DNA of 64,000 nt, taken from Bacteroidia bacterium. GTDB taxonomy: Bacteria > Bacteroidota > Bacteroidia > NS11-12g > UBA955. The notes under the pieces are model-generated. The model saw only the letters and a list, made by a program, of their open reading frames with translations. It did not search any database and was not told the DNA's origin. Positions 9,876 to 19,346 of the stretch are shown here, one piece after another. The translations under genes and the position numbers were made by a program. Location of the stretch: NCBI GenBank assembly GCA_030158725.1, contig JAOASJ010000008.1:15860-79859 (forward strand). The letters run 5' to 3'. Each line of letters starts with the position of its first letter. Position 1 is the stretch's first letter.

Positions 9876-12716
9876 ATGATTAGGACCATAAGAATTCTTA
9901 TAATTACAAGCGTATTATTAATCTCAAAACTATCTGTTTCTCAAACTTCTACCATTAAAGGTCTGCTTCAAGAAAGCATGAAAAAAGAAGCCGTTCAAGG
10001 TGCAAACGTAACCTTGATTGGTCAAAACAAAGTTGAAATATCGGGCACCAAAGGTGAATTTGCTTTCACAGGATTAACTCCCGGTGTATATTCAATCTCA
10101 ATTAAACTATATGGTTACTTAAACCGTCAAGTGGATAGCATTCGTGTTGGCTTAGACGAAACCAAAGATATCGGCATCATTTTCCTACAAGAAAAAATTG
10201 AAACCAAAAGAGGTGGTAAGGTTGTTTACCGTAAACCACAAACCACAGTTGCCGCAGGGGTTAAGGACCAACAAAAATCTGAAACCATCACAAACGTTAT
10301 AACCAGTGCTTCAATTGCAAAGAGCAATGATGGCGATGCCGCTAAAGTGGCAGCCCGTGTTCCTGGTGTAACTTTACTTGAAAATAGATTCATCATGTTG
10401 CGCGGTTTGAGCCAACGTTATAACAGTGTTCAAATAAACAACATCAATGCACCAAGTACTGAGGTAGACAAAAGAGCTTTCTCATTTGATTTGGTTCCAT
10501 CAAATATGTTGGATAAAATGTCGATTTACAAATCGCCATCATCTGACCTAGCAGGTGACTTTGCTGGTGGGGTTATCAAACTTTTAACCAAAAGCGAAAT
10601 TGAAAAAAACTTTATTTCTTATAGTTTAGGAATCGGCTTCAGAGTGAATACTACTTTTAGCAGCCACTTGAACAACAATGTAAGTGCAAGCGATTACTTC
10701 GGATTTGACAATGGAAGCAGAGCATTGCCAAGTGCTTTCCCTAGCAGCTTAGCGGCAATGTCTAGCAGTCAAAACATCGCTTATGGCAAGATGTTCAACA
10801 ACAACTATGCATTAAACAGTTTCCGCAGCCCAATCGACTTTGGTGCAGGGTTTGGATTTGGACAAAACATCAAATTCAAAAAAGAAAAATACAGCAGTAT
10901 GAGTTTGTATACTGTAAACAACTTTTCGTACTCAACCAATTTCCAGTTTTCACAAATGAAGCGCTATAGATACCAATTAGATCCTACTAATTATGTGCAA
11001 CAAATGTTTAACTATACCGACGACAACTTATCGATTGAATCTAAATTTAGCTTGTTAAGCAATTGGATATTTAGAGTAAACAGCAAAAAGACTTTTACTT
11101 TCAAAAACATCTACAATCAAATTGGAGAAAACGAAACCACCATTAGAACTGGTGTTGCGCTAACTGAGAGACCGAATGACGAATGGAAAAACTACAGCTT
11201 TCACTACACAGCAAGAAGCCTATATTTTGGACAATTTGAGGGCAACCACAAAATAGGTAAAGACGACAAATTGGTATACACCCTTGGATACAGCAATGTA
11301 AAAAGAGATGAACCTGACTTCAGACGCTTTAGAACAGTTAGAGCAATTGGGGACAACAATGTATTCACCCTTTCAGATCCTCCAAGTGCTAACTTATATG
11401 ATGCAGCAAGATTCTTCTCTAACTTGAAAGAAAACACCTTTGCTTTAAACATTAACTATGAAACAAAATTTGATTCAAAATACGATTCAGCAAACGGTAT
11501 TGCTTTAAGATTTGGTGCTTATTCAGAAGCAAAATCTAGAACCTTTGCTGCTAGATGGTTTGGTTTCGTGTACTCAGGTGATCCAACATTGAAAAACACC
11601 TTTTTGCAAACACCAATTGATCAAATCTTCAGTTCTGAAAACATCAACAGCACTTCAGGCTTAAAACCACAAGAAGGAACAAATCCAAGTGATAAATATA
11701 CGGCACAAAACAAATTAATCAGTGGCTATGTAAATTCAAGTATCCCATTCAAAAAAATGAATGTAAACGTGGGTGTAAGAACAGAATATTTCCAACAAGG
11801 ATTAAAGAGTGCAATAGGCTTAGATAAGATTAATGTCAATCTTACAAATCTTAATATTTTACCTTCATTCAACGCAGCATACTATTTTGACAAAAAGAAA
11901 AAGAATCAATTGCGTTTGGCTTATGGTAAAACAGTAAACAGACCAGAGTTCAGAGAGCTTGCTCCATTTGTATACTACGATTTCATGTATGATGTAAACG
12001 TTGTAGGTAACCCTGATTTGAAAACTTGTACCATAGACAATTTAGACTTGCGTTTCGAAAACTACCCAAGTTCTTCTGAAACATTCAACTTCGGCGTGTT
12101 TTACAAACGTTTTATCAATCCAATTGAAAACTATGTTCAACCAATCGGATTAAGTCAACAATTTCAATTAAAAAATGCAGCAAGTGCATATAATATGGGT
12201 GCAGAATTAGAATTCAGAAAATCATTTGAAAACAGCACCCAAAAGAAACATTTAAAAAGATTGTCATTCTTAATCAATGCATCTTATATAATAAGTAAAG
12301 TTGACTTAGGTAAAGACAGCACATTAAGTCAAGCGCGCACTAGACCATTACAAGGACAATCTCCATATATTTTCAATGCAGCATTACAATATAAAACAGA
12401 CAGCGGTTTGAGTATTAACATTGCTTACAATATCTATGGAAAACGTATAGTGTATGTAGGTAACAACATCTTCCCTACTGTTTATGAAATGCCTAGACAT
12501 TCATTAGATTTGACCATCACTAAAGAATTAAACAAACGTGTAAGTTTAAAATTTGGAGTTAGTGATATCCTAAACTACAAAAGTAGAATGTGGCAAGACA
12601 CCAATGGTGACAATAAAATCGACTACAAAAAAGAACGTACTGACCAAGAAATACTATCTTACAGAAGAGGACAAATGTTCAGTTTTAGTTTTTCATATAA
12701 GATCAATCAAAAATAA
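9876..12716 (+). CDS. TonB-dependent receptor (no adjacent SusD)
   Basis: N-terminal CarboxypepD-like domain; plug RVPGVT..RGLSQRYN..FDLVPSN..GDFAGG; barrel NRPEFRELAPF, GNPDLK, PLQGQSPY; C-terminal FSFSY. Confidence 0.9.
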   Translation: MIRTIRILIITSVLLISKLSVSQTSTIKGLLQESMKKEAVQGANVTLIGQNKVEISGTKGEFAFTGLTPGVYSISIKLYGYLNRQVDSIRVGLDETKDIGIIFLQEKIETKRGGKVVYRKPQTTVAAGVKDQQKSETITNVITSASIAKSNDGDAAKVAARVPGVTLLENRFIMLRGLSQRYNSVQINNINAPSTEVDKRAFSFDLVPSNMLDKMSIYKSPSSDLAGDFAGGVIKLLTKSEIEKNFISYSLGIGFRVNTTFSSHLNNNVSASDYFGFDNGSRALPSAFPSSLAAMSSSQNIAYGKMFNNNYALNSFRSPIDFGAGFGFGQNIKFKKEKYSSMSLYTVNNFSYSTNFQFSQMKRYRYQLDPTNYVQQMFNYTDDNLSIESKFSLLSNWIFRVNSKKTFTFKNIYNQIGENETTIRTGVALTERPNDEWKNYSFHYTARSLYFGQFEGNHKIGKDDKLVYTLGYSNVKRDEPDFRRFRTVRAIGDNNVFTLSDPPSANLYDAARFFSNLKENTFALNINYETKFDSKYDSANGIALRFGAYSEAKSRTFAARWFGFVYSGDPTLKNTFLQTPIDQIFSSENINSTSGLKPQEGTNPSDKYTAQNKLISGYVNSSIPFKKMNVNVGVRTEYFQQGLKSAIGLDKINVNLTNLNILPSFNAAYYFDKKKKNQLRLAYGKTVNRPEFRELAPFVYYDFMYDVNVVGNPDLKTCTIDNLDLRFENYPSSSETFNFGVFYKRFINPIENYVQPIGLSQQFQLKNAASAYNMGAELEFRKSFENSTQKKHLKRLSFLINASYIISKVDLGKDSTLSQARTRPLQGQSPYIFNAALQYKTDSGLSINIAYNIYGKRIVYVGNNIFPTVYEMPRHSLDLTITKELNKRVSLKFGVSDILNYKSRMWQDTNGDNKIDYKKERTDQEILSYRRGQMFSFSFSYKINQK

Positions 12717-12730
12717 CACTTAGATATTTT

Positions 12731-12763
12731 AAAAAAAGGTGGACCAGGTCCACCTTTTTTTTT
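12731..12763. terminator. Bidirectional Rho-independent terminator
   Basis: AAAAAAAGGTGGAC-cag-GTCCACCTTTTTTTT. Confidence 0.85.
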
Positions 12764-12807
12764 GCATTAATTTTTAAAAAGAATTTAAATCCAATGAAAT
12801 TGCAGCG

Positions 12808-12938
12808 GAACTTGTGAATACGCATGTTGACATTTAAATAAAATCATCAGAAATATTTACTTGTATTTCAATAAGATTGTGTAATTCAACTTATGTTGAT
12901 TTATTTCCCTATTTACCAAACCATTGTGTCACAAGGAA
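12808..12938 (+). ncRNA. ssrS: Candidate 6S RNA (Bacteroidota type)
   Basis: Hand-folded rod: closing stem 12811-12826/12922-12935, central bubble (TTGACATTT opposite CCCTATTTACCAAAC), inner stem 12836-12849/12894-12906, apical hairpin. Lies in a 350-bp ORF-free gap. Confidence 0.55.
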
Positions 12939-13066
12939 GAACAGACAAAACAAGACCGTTTTAAGCAGATTATACTAGCCGTCTAAAAAAAAATACTTTT
13001 TTTGAAAAAAAATTAAAAACATTAGTTCGGACAATATATTTTTGCAGTGATAAGAATTTACACTGA

Positions 13067-13390
13067 ATGGATAAAAAACGTAGAATAGTAGATTACAGCA
13101 ACGTGCCTGATGATATCTTAAATCAATTGGGAGAATTGTATCCAAATGGATACGAACGCGATGTTATTAAATTCCCAAATGCAAAAGGCGAATTGATTTC
13201 AGCTGTGAGAGTGGAGACAGAGGACACTATCTTTTTAATTAAAGTTTCTTCACAACTAAAACAAATGTTCGACGATTTAGATATCGAAGAAATGGACTTC
13301 AGCAATGAGGAAAAAGATGAGATTGATGGCGACGATGAAAGCGACGATCAATACAGCAAAGACAAACCGGTTGATGACTACGAAGATTAA
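13067..13390 (+). CDS. Hypothetical protein with highly acidic C-terminal tail
   Basis: RIVDY..YPNGY..IKF.NAKGE..AVRVET.DTIFLIKVS domain; last 39 aa contain 21 D/E; own TATTTTTG promoter. Confidence 0.75.
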   Translation: MDKKRRIVDYSNVPDDILNQLGELYPNGYERDVIKFPNAKGELISAVRVETEDTIFLIKVSSQLKQMFDDLDIEEMDFSNEEKDEIDGDDESDDQYSKDKPVDDYED

Positions 13391-14661
13391 AACAGGTCGA
13401 TTAATTCTTCCATCTTCATACCTCTTGACCCTTTAATCAACACACTTAAATTTTCTTTCACCTGATCAGACATAAATTGTCTGGCTTGTGCTTTTGTTTG
13501 AAACAAATGTATGTTGCTTGATTTTGTCTCGGTTTTGAAAAAAGCTTCCCCAATTAAAATGACAAGATTAAAATTCATTTCAGAACAAAGGTCTGAAATT
13601 GCTTGATGTTCTTGTGCCTCATGGGCGCCCAATTCAAACATATCTCCCAACATAACCATTTTATCCCCTTGCATTACATTGAAGGTTTTAAGCGCCATTT
13701 CCACACTGCTTGGATTGGCATTGTAGGCATCTAACAAAATCTTGTTGTTGTTCTTGCCTTGAACCCATTGAGAACGGTTATTTTGCGGTGCATAACGCTC
13801 TATACCTTGTTTAATTTGTTCAGGACTTAAATGAAAAAACTCTGCAACCGCTATACATGCCAATATGTTCTGGACATTATGCAAACCCATTAATGGCGAA
13901 TGGATATTTTGTTCCTTATATTGAAATCTAATGTCTGGTACGATATCTAAATTTAACAACTGAGAATTCAGCATTCCATATTCAACTTTGTTGCTCAACT
14001 TAGACCCCATTTCCTTTAGAAACACATCATCTGCATTCACAAAAGCAAAACCATCGTTTGCTAAAATATAATCAAAAAGTTCACCTTCCGCTTTTGCTAC
14101 ACCTTGGATATCACCAAATCCTAGCAAATGCTCTTTTCCAATATTGGTAATTAAAGCCAATTCAGGTTCTGCTATGTCGCATAACTCTTGTATATCTCCA
14201 GCTTTATTCGCGCCCATCTCTATAACAGCTATTTGATGTTCATCGCGCAGTTGTAACAAGGTTAATGGCAAACCAATGTGGTTGTTTAAATTTCCATGTG
14301 TATAATGCACATTGTATTCGGTTGACAATACCGATACCACCAATTCTTTGGTGCTGGTTTTTCCATTGCTCCCTCCTATTCCCAATACCCTTGTTTTAAG
14401 CGTTTGTCTGTGAAACCTAGCCAATTCTTGTAGGCACTTAAGCACATCATCCACTTTAATGATTTTGGTGTTATCAAACTCTCCCTCATCTACCACAGCA
14501 TAGGCCGCACCTTTTTCCAAGGCCTGCTCTGCAAATAAATTTCCATTAAAATTATCTCCCTTCAAAGCGAAAAACATTTCACCATTGCCAAGTTTACGGG
14601 TATCGGTTGATACATTTAAGCCGCACTGAAGGTAGATTTGATAGATGTCTGAAATTTGCAT
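13387..14661 (-). CDS. murF: UDP-N-acetylmuramoyl-tripeptide--D-Ala-D-Ala ligase
   Basis: STDTR, GSNGKTSTKE, GNLNNHIGLP, DAYNANP, LGDMFELG, KGSRGM. Confidence 0.95.
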   Translation of the reverse strand: MQISDIYQIYLQCGLNVSTDTRKLGNGEMFFALKGDNFNGNLFAEQALEKGAAYAVVDEGEFDNTKIIKVDDVLKCLQELARFHRQTLKTRVLGIGGSNGKTSTKELVVSVLSTEYNVHYTHGNLNNHIGLPLTLLQLRDEHQIAVIEMGANKAGDIQELCDIAEPELALITNIGKEHLLGFGDIQGVAKAEGELFDYILANDGFAFVNADDVFLKEMGSKLSNKVEYGMLNSQLLNLDIVPDIRFQYKEQNIHSPLMGLHNVQNILACIAVAEFFHLSPEQIKQGIERYAPQNNRSQWVQGKNNNKILLDAYNANPSSVEMALKTFNVMQGDKMVMLGDMFELGAHEAQEHQAISDLCSEMNFNLVILIGEAFFKTETKSSNIHLFQTKAQARQFMSDQVKENLSVLIKGSRGMKMEELIDLF

Positions 14662-14746
14662 AATGTTATTCCACAAAAATAGGTTTTTGAAAATTTAAAT
14701 GCAGCGTTTTATTCGAATTTGTGTCTTATTGATTATATTTGAATGT

Positions 14747-17089
14747 ATGAAAAGATTAAGTACTTGTTTTTTGTTTTTAATTGTCTGCGCAAGTTCAAGC
14801 TTTGCACAAACTAAAAAGTTGCAATATTATCTCTCTGATAGTTTGCAAATCGTAAACAGCGCCAATCAAGCACTTCAATATGCCCTTTCAGGAGGCTACC
14901 ACTGCCCTCAATTCAGTCCTTGCGACGTTAATGGCGATGGCAAGAAAGACATTGTTATATACGACAAATTGGATGGCAGCATTTCTACCTATGTCAATGT
15001 AGGTGGCACAGGTGAAGCAAAATATACTTTAGACAACCGCTACGCTGCTTATTTCCCTAAAATCAAAGCCTTAGGATGGATGCTTTTGCGCGACTACAAC
15101 AATGATGGATATGAAGATATTTTCACCAGTGGTCCTCAAGGTTATATGGTTTATAAAAACATTTCGTTTACTGTGAGTGGCCGTCCTGAATTTATTGAAA
15201 TACCGCCACTAAAATACCGCAACATGAGTCCTTCAGGATCTTTCATTGAATACAATGCTTTGTCTACGCCTTCAATTCACTTACCAGGCATTTATGACAT
15301 TGACTTTGATGGCGACTTAGACATCATGAGTTATTCCAATATTGGTGGTGCGATTTATTTGTATATGAATTATCAAGTGGAGGACAATTTACCTCCCGAT
15401 TCTATGCGTTTTTACCACACTGACTTATGTTGGGGCTATTTCAACGACAACAATTGCAACAATTACATTTTAAATACTTGCTCTAAAAACAGCGACTATA
15501 GATTATATGGCAAACGCCACACCAATGGTTCTTCAATTACCTTATTTGACGCCAATGATGACAATGACATCGATTTATTAATTGGCAATGAAGGTTGCAC
15601 ACACATGACCATGTTGTACAATGCCAAACCAGCCAACCTTAACCAATACGATTCGTTTTTCATGTATGACACCAATTATGTCGCTGCAAATAACCGTGCA
15701 GATGTATCAATATATCCAGCCGCTTATTTCATGGATGTAAACAACGATGGTAAACGCGATTTAATTTACGCACCCAACTCTGTTAGCACCCAGTATATCA
15801 TTGAGGAAACCAAACAAATCCGTTGGTATAAAAACACCAATACAGACAAATCACCAACTTGGGCACAACAAGAACCTTTGTTTACCGATGATATTTTGGA
15901 CAATGGAAACAAAAGCAATTGGGCATGTGCAGATTGGGATAAAGATGGAGATTTGGATTGTATATCAGCCACCAATGCTGATGCATACCGCAGCAAGGAC
16001 ACAGCGGACAGAATTTATTTATACGAAAACGTTGGCACAGCAAAACAAGCCAAATTCAAATTGACCAACATCAATTTTGGGAACATCTTTAAAGACAAAA
16101 TCAACAAAATTGCCCCAGCCATTGCTGATATGGACAATGATGGAAAATTGGATTTGGTTTTAGGCAATGACAAGGGTGAAATTTTATTTTACAAAAACAC
16201 GTCTTCAAGCGCCAATACACTTAACCCTACTTTTACCTTTTCGAATTCAAGCTACCCTGGATTCACCATAGATGTTGGAGGATTCAGTGCTCCAGCAGTG
16301 GCTGACATCGACCGCGATGGTTTAAAAGATTTGGTTATCGGGCGTAGCGACAGTATGCTTTCATATTACAGAAATTCTGGTACCCTTACCCAACCTAGTT
16401 TTTCAGTTGTTACCAATAAATTCGGAAACATGAAACCTATTGATTCTATAGGTTTTCAATACATCTATGACGACACATTTGCCATCATTGGTTATTATCC
16501 TGTTTATGAGAAAAACGTTTATTCAAAACCCGTTATAATGGATTTGGATGGCAATGACACTTTGGATATTATTGTCGGTAATTCACTTGGAACATTAAGA
16601 ATGTATGCCATTGACGGCAGCAAACCCACATCAACCTTCAAACAAACAGATTCTTTTTATTACCAAAAAGCATTTCAAGGCACCAAGTTCTTCAAAACAG
16701 ATTTGGGCAATTTTATTTCTCCTTGCCTAGGTGATTTTAATGGCGACAGTGTCCCTGAATTAATTGTATCAACCAATAGAGGTGGGATTTTCTATTTGAA
16801 AAACAATTTTGCTTACAGACATAAAACTTCACTTAATAGGTACAATGTTAAAAACATAAATGCATATCCTAATCCTGCGTCTTCTCAAATTGAATTTGAC
16901 TTGGCTATAGAAGATATTTATGTGGTGAAATTATACAACAGCTTGGGACAAGAAATCAATTGTGAGCTGAATGCAAACGGTAAGATATCTGTTCTAAATG
17001 TGAACAGCTTGGATTCTGGATTTTATATTATCAGTTTTCAATTAAACGACCAAAGCAGTTACACGTCTAAATTCCAAGTTATCCATTAA
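14747..17089 (+). CDS. FG-GAP/VCBS-repeat protein with T9SS type A C-terminal sorting domain
   Basis: Repeated DxNxDGxxD motifs; C-terminal YPNPA...YNSLGQ...LDSGFYII...KFQV. Confidence 0.85.
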   Translation: MKRLSTCFLFLIVCASSSFAQTKKLQYYLSDSLQIVNSANQALQYALSGGYHCPQFSPCDVNGDGKKDIVIYDKLDGSISTYVNVGGTGEAKYTLDNRYAAYFPKIKALGWMLLRDYNNDGYEDIFTSGPQGYMVYKNISFTVSGRPEFIEIPPLKYRNMSPSGSFIEYNALSTPSIHLPGIYDIDFDGDLDIMSYSNIGGAIYLYMNYQVEDNLPPDSMRFYHTDLCWGYFNDNNCNNYILNTCSKNSDYRLYGKRHTNGSSITLFDANDDNDIDLLIGNEGCTHMTMLYNAKPANLNQYDSFFMYDTNYVAANNRADVSIYPAAYFMDVNNDGKRDLIYAPNSVSTQYIIEETKQIRWYKNTNTDKSPTWAQQEPLFTDDILDNGNKSNWACADWDKDGDLDCISATNADAYRSKDTADRIYLYENVGTAKQAKFKLTNINFGNIFKDKINKIAPAIADMDNDGKLDLVLGNDKGEILFYKNTSSSANTLNPTFTFSNSSYPGFTIDVGGFSAPAVADIDRDGLKDLVIGRSDSMLSYYRNSGTLTQPSFSVVTNKFGNMKPIDSIGFQYIYDDTFAIIGYYPVYEKNVYSKPVIMDLDGNDTLDIIVGNSLGTLRMYAIDGSKPTSTFKQTDSFYYQKAFQGTKFFKTDLGNFISPCLGDFNGDSVPELIVSTNRGGIFYLKNNFAYRHKTSLNRYNVKNINAYPNPASSQIEFDLAIEDIYVVKLYNSLGQEINCELNANGKISVLNVNSLDSGFYIISFQLNDQSSYTSKFQVIH

Positions 17090-17100
17090 GATTAGTTATC

Positions 17101-17469
17101 ATGGGCAAGAAGGACCCGCGTATAGACGAATATATAGCTAAGGCTGAATTATTCGCTCAAGAGCCTTTAAATCATCTGAGACAGCTCATACATTCGACTT
17201 GTCCAGACATTGAAGAAACCATCAAATGGAATATGCCATTTTTTATGAGCAATGGGAAAATACTTTGCCACATTGCTGCTTTTAAAAAACACATGGTAAT
17301 GGGATTTTGGAAAGCAAAAGAGCTTAAGGACCCTGAAGGTATTTTACAAAAAGACAATAAAACCGCAATGGGACATATCGGTAAGATTGCTTCTATGCAA
17401 GATCTTCCAAAAGACTCAAGCATTAAAGCCTTGCTTAAGTCTGCGTATAAATTAAATCAAGAAGCTTAG
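17101..17469 (+). CDS. DUF1801/YdhG-YdeI family protein
   Basis: IDEYI, EETIKWNMPFF, AAFKKH..GFW. Confidence 0.75.
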   Translation: MGKKDPRIDEYIAKAELFAQEPLNHLRQLIHSTCPDIEETIKWNMPFFMSNGKILCHIAAFKKHMVMGFWKAKELKDPEGILQKDNKTAMGHIGKIASMQDLPKDSSIKALLKSAYKLNQEA

Positions 17470-18557
17470 GCCGCAGACAAATTATTGGTTTTACCCAATT
17501 CATTCATCATTTTGAAATGCGATTTAAGTGCAATCCAGAATGAAGGAAATTCATTGTGTTGAATGCCGTATTTGTTTGCCAATTCAACCACTATTTTTCT
17601 AATTGCAGGATAATGAACATGGCTCACTTTAGGAAACAAATGGTGTTCCACTTGAAAGTTAAGTCCACCCAATGACCAAGTTAAAAATTTATTATCAGGG
17701 CAAAAGTCGAAAGTAGTTTTCATTTGAAAAATAGCCCAATCTTCGTCAATCGCAAGTATGCCAGTTTCTTGTGCATCAGCAAATTCAGCACCTTCCACTA
17801 CGTGAGCCAATTGGAATACAACCGACATAACGATACCCATAACAAAATTAAAGAAGAAGAAACCGAAGATAAATTTACTAAAACCTAAAAACACAATAGG
17901 TGTAACAATATAAAACCCAATGTAAAACAGTTTGGTTGCCCAAAAGCTTACATGGTCTGCTAATTTCTTTTTAGGCAAGTCGGTTGTATGAACCTTGTCT
18001 GTGAAATACTTTACAGAGTCCATCCAAAATACCCAGAACATGGTAGAAATACCATACAAGAACAACATATACCAGCTTTGGTATTTGTGCAAAGGCAAGT
18101 AGGGTTGATTCGGCGACATGCGCAAGAAAGGTGGTTTGAAAATATCATCATCTACCCCATCAACATTGGTGTAGGTATGGTGAAGCACATTGTGTTTTAC
18201 TTTCCAAAAACGGCATTCAGCACCTAAGAAATTCATACTATATCCAAAGACATCATTGACATTGCTGTTGTTTGAGAATGCACCGTGACAAGAATCGTGC
18301 ATGACGTTAAATCCTATAAATGCTAAGAAGGTTCCGAATACAGTCAGCAATGCAATATTCAACAAGACAGAACTCGGCTGAACGAAAACCAACACAGCAT
18401 AACAAGAAAGCACAACGGCATACATGAAGAAAGCTTTGAAAAACAATTTGGCATTGCCTCTTTGGCTCATGTTCTTTTCTTTGAAATACTGCTTAACACG
18501 CTCGTTAAGCTCCATGTGAAATTGTCTGTTGTTGCTAGCAAATGATATTTGTGGCAT
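17466..18557 (-). CDS. Fatty acid (acyl-CoA) desaturase
   Basis: Three His boxes HDSCH, HNVLHH, QVEHH; transmembrane segments. Confidence 0.9.
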   Translation of the reverse strand: MPQISFASNNRQFHMELNERVKQYFKEKNMSQRGNAKLFFKAFFMYAVVLSCYAVLVFVQPSSVLLNIALLTVFGTFLAFIGFNVMHDSCHGAFSNNSNVNDVFGYSMNFLGAECRFWKVKHNVLHHTYTNVDGVDDDIFKPPFLRMSPNQPYLPLHKYQSWYMLFLYGISTMFWVFWMDSVKYFTDKVHTTDLPKKKLADHVSFWATKLFYIGFYIVTPIVFLGFSKFIFGFFFFNFVMGIVMSVVFQLAHVVEGAEFADAQETGILAIDEDWAIFQMKTTFDFCPDNKFLTWSLGGLNFQVEHHLFPKVSHVHYPAIRKIVVELANKYGIQHNEFPSFWIALKSHFKMMNELGKTNNLSAA

Positions 18558-18701
18558 AATTTAATTGGCGCAAAATTACACAAAGTATCTTGTATTTTTT
18601 AAGAACTGAGTAAAATCAACATATCGAATCTGTTGATAATTCGAATCCCATTAATTTCCAATTAAATAGATTTTTTAATTAAAAAAAATAACCTTTGCAT
18701 C

Positions 18702-19343
18702 ATGTTACAAGTCATGTCTTTTACCTTCGGACCATTCAGTGAGAATACCTATGTTTTGTCAAATGAAAACGGAGAATGCATCATTTTTGACCCTGGAATG
18801 TATCAATCGTCAGAAGAGCAAGAATTGGAGCGTTACTTAACGGCGTCTAAACTAAAACCAGTCTTATTAATCAACACCCATTGCCACATCGACCACATTA
18901 TGGGCAATACCTATTGTGCAGAGAAATACGGATTAAGTCTACAAGCCCATGCTTTAGAAAAACAAGTATTAGACATGGGAATTACATCTGCCAATCTATA
19001 TGGCTTGCATTACAACCCTTCTGTGCCTATCACAAATTTCTTAACAGAAAATGATACCATTGTTTTGGGCGAAGACAAACTTACAATATTATTTACACCA
19101 GGACATTCACCTGGAAGTTTGAGTTTCTACAATGCCAAGCAAAATTTTGTTATTGCAGGTGATGTATTGTTTAGAAACAGTATAGGAAGAACTGATTTAC
19201 CGGGAGGCGATTACGACACCTTGATAAATTCAATAAAAACAAAGCTCTTGACATTACCAGGAAATACCACTGTATACAGCGGTCACGGCCCTAGCACGAC
19301 GATAGAATTTGAAGCAGATTCAAATCCTTTTTTAAACAATTAA
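18702..19343 (+). CDS. MBL-fold metallo-hydrolase (glyoxalase II-like)
   Basis: THCHIDH, PGHSPG, GDVLF, GRTDLPGG, GHGP. Confidence 0.9.
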   Translation: MLQVMSFTFGPFSENTYVLSNENGECIIFDPGMYQSSEEQELERYLTASKLKPVLLINTHCHIDHIMGNTYCAEKYGLSLQAHALEKQVLDMGITSANLYGLHYNPSVPITNFLTENDTIVLGEDKLTILFTPGHSPGSLSFYNAKQNFVIAGDVLFRNSIGRTDLPGGDYDTLINSIKTKLLTLPGNTTVYSGHGPSTTIEFEADSNPFLNN

Positions 19344-19346
19344 AGA

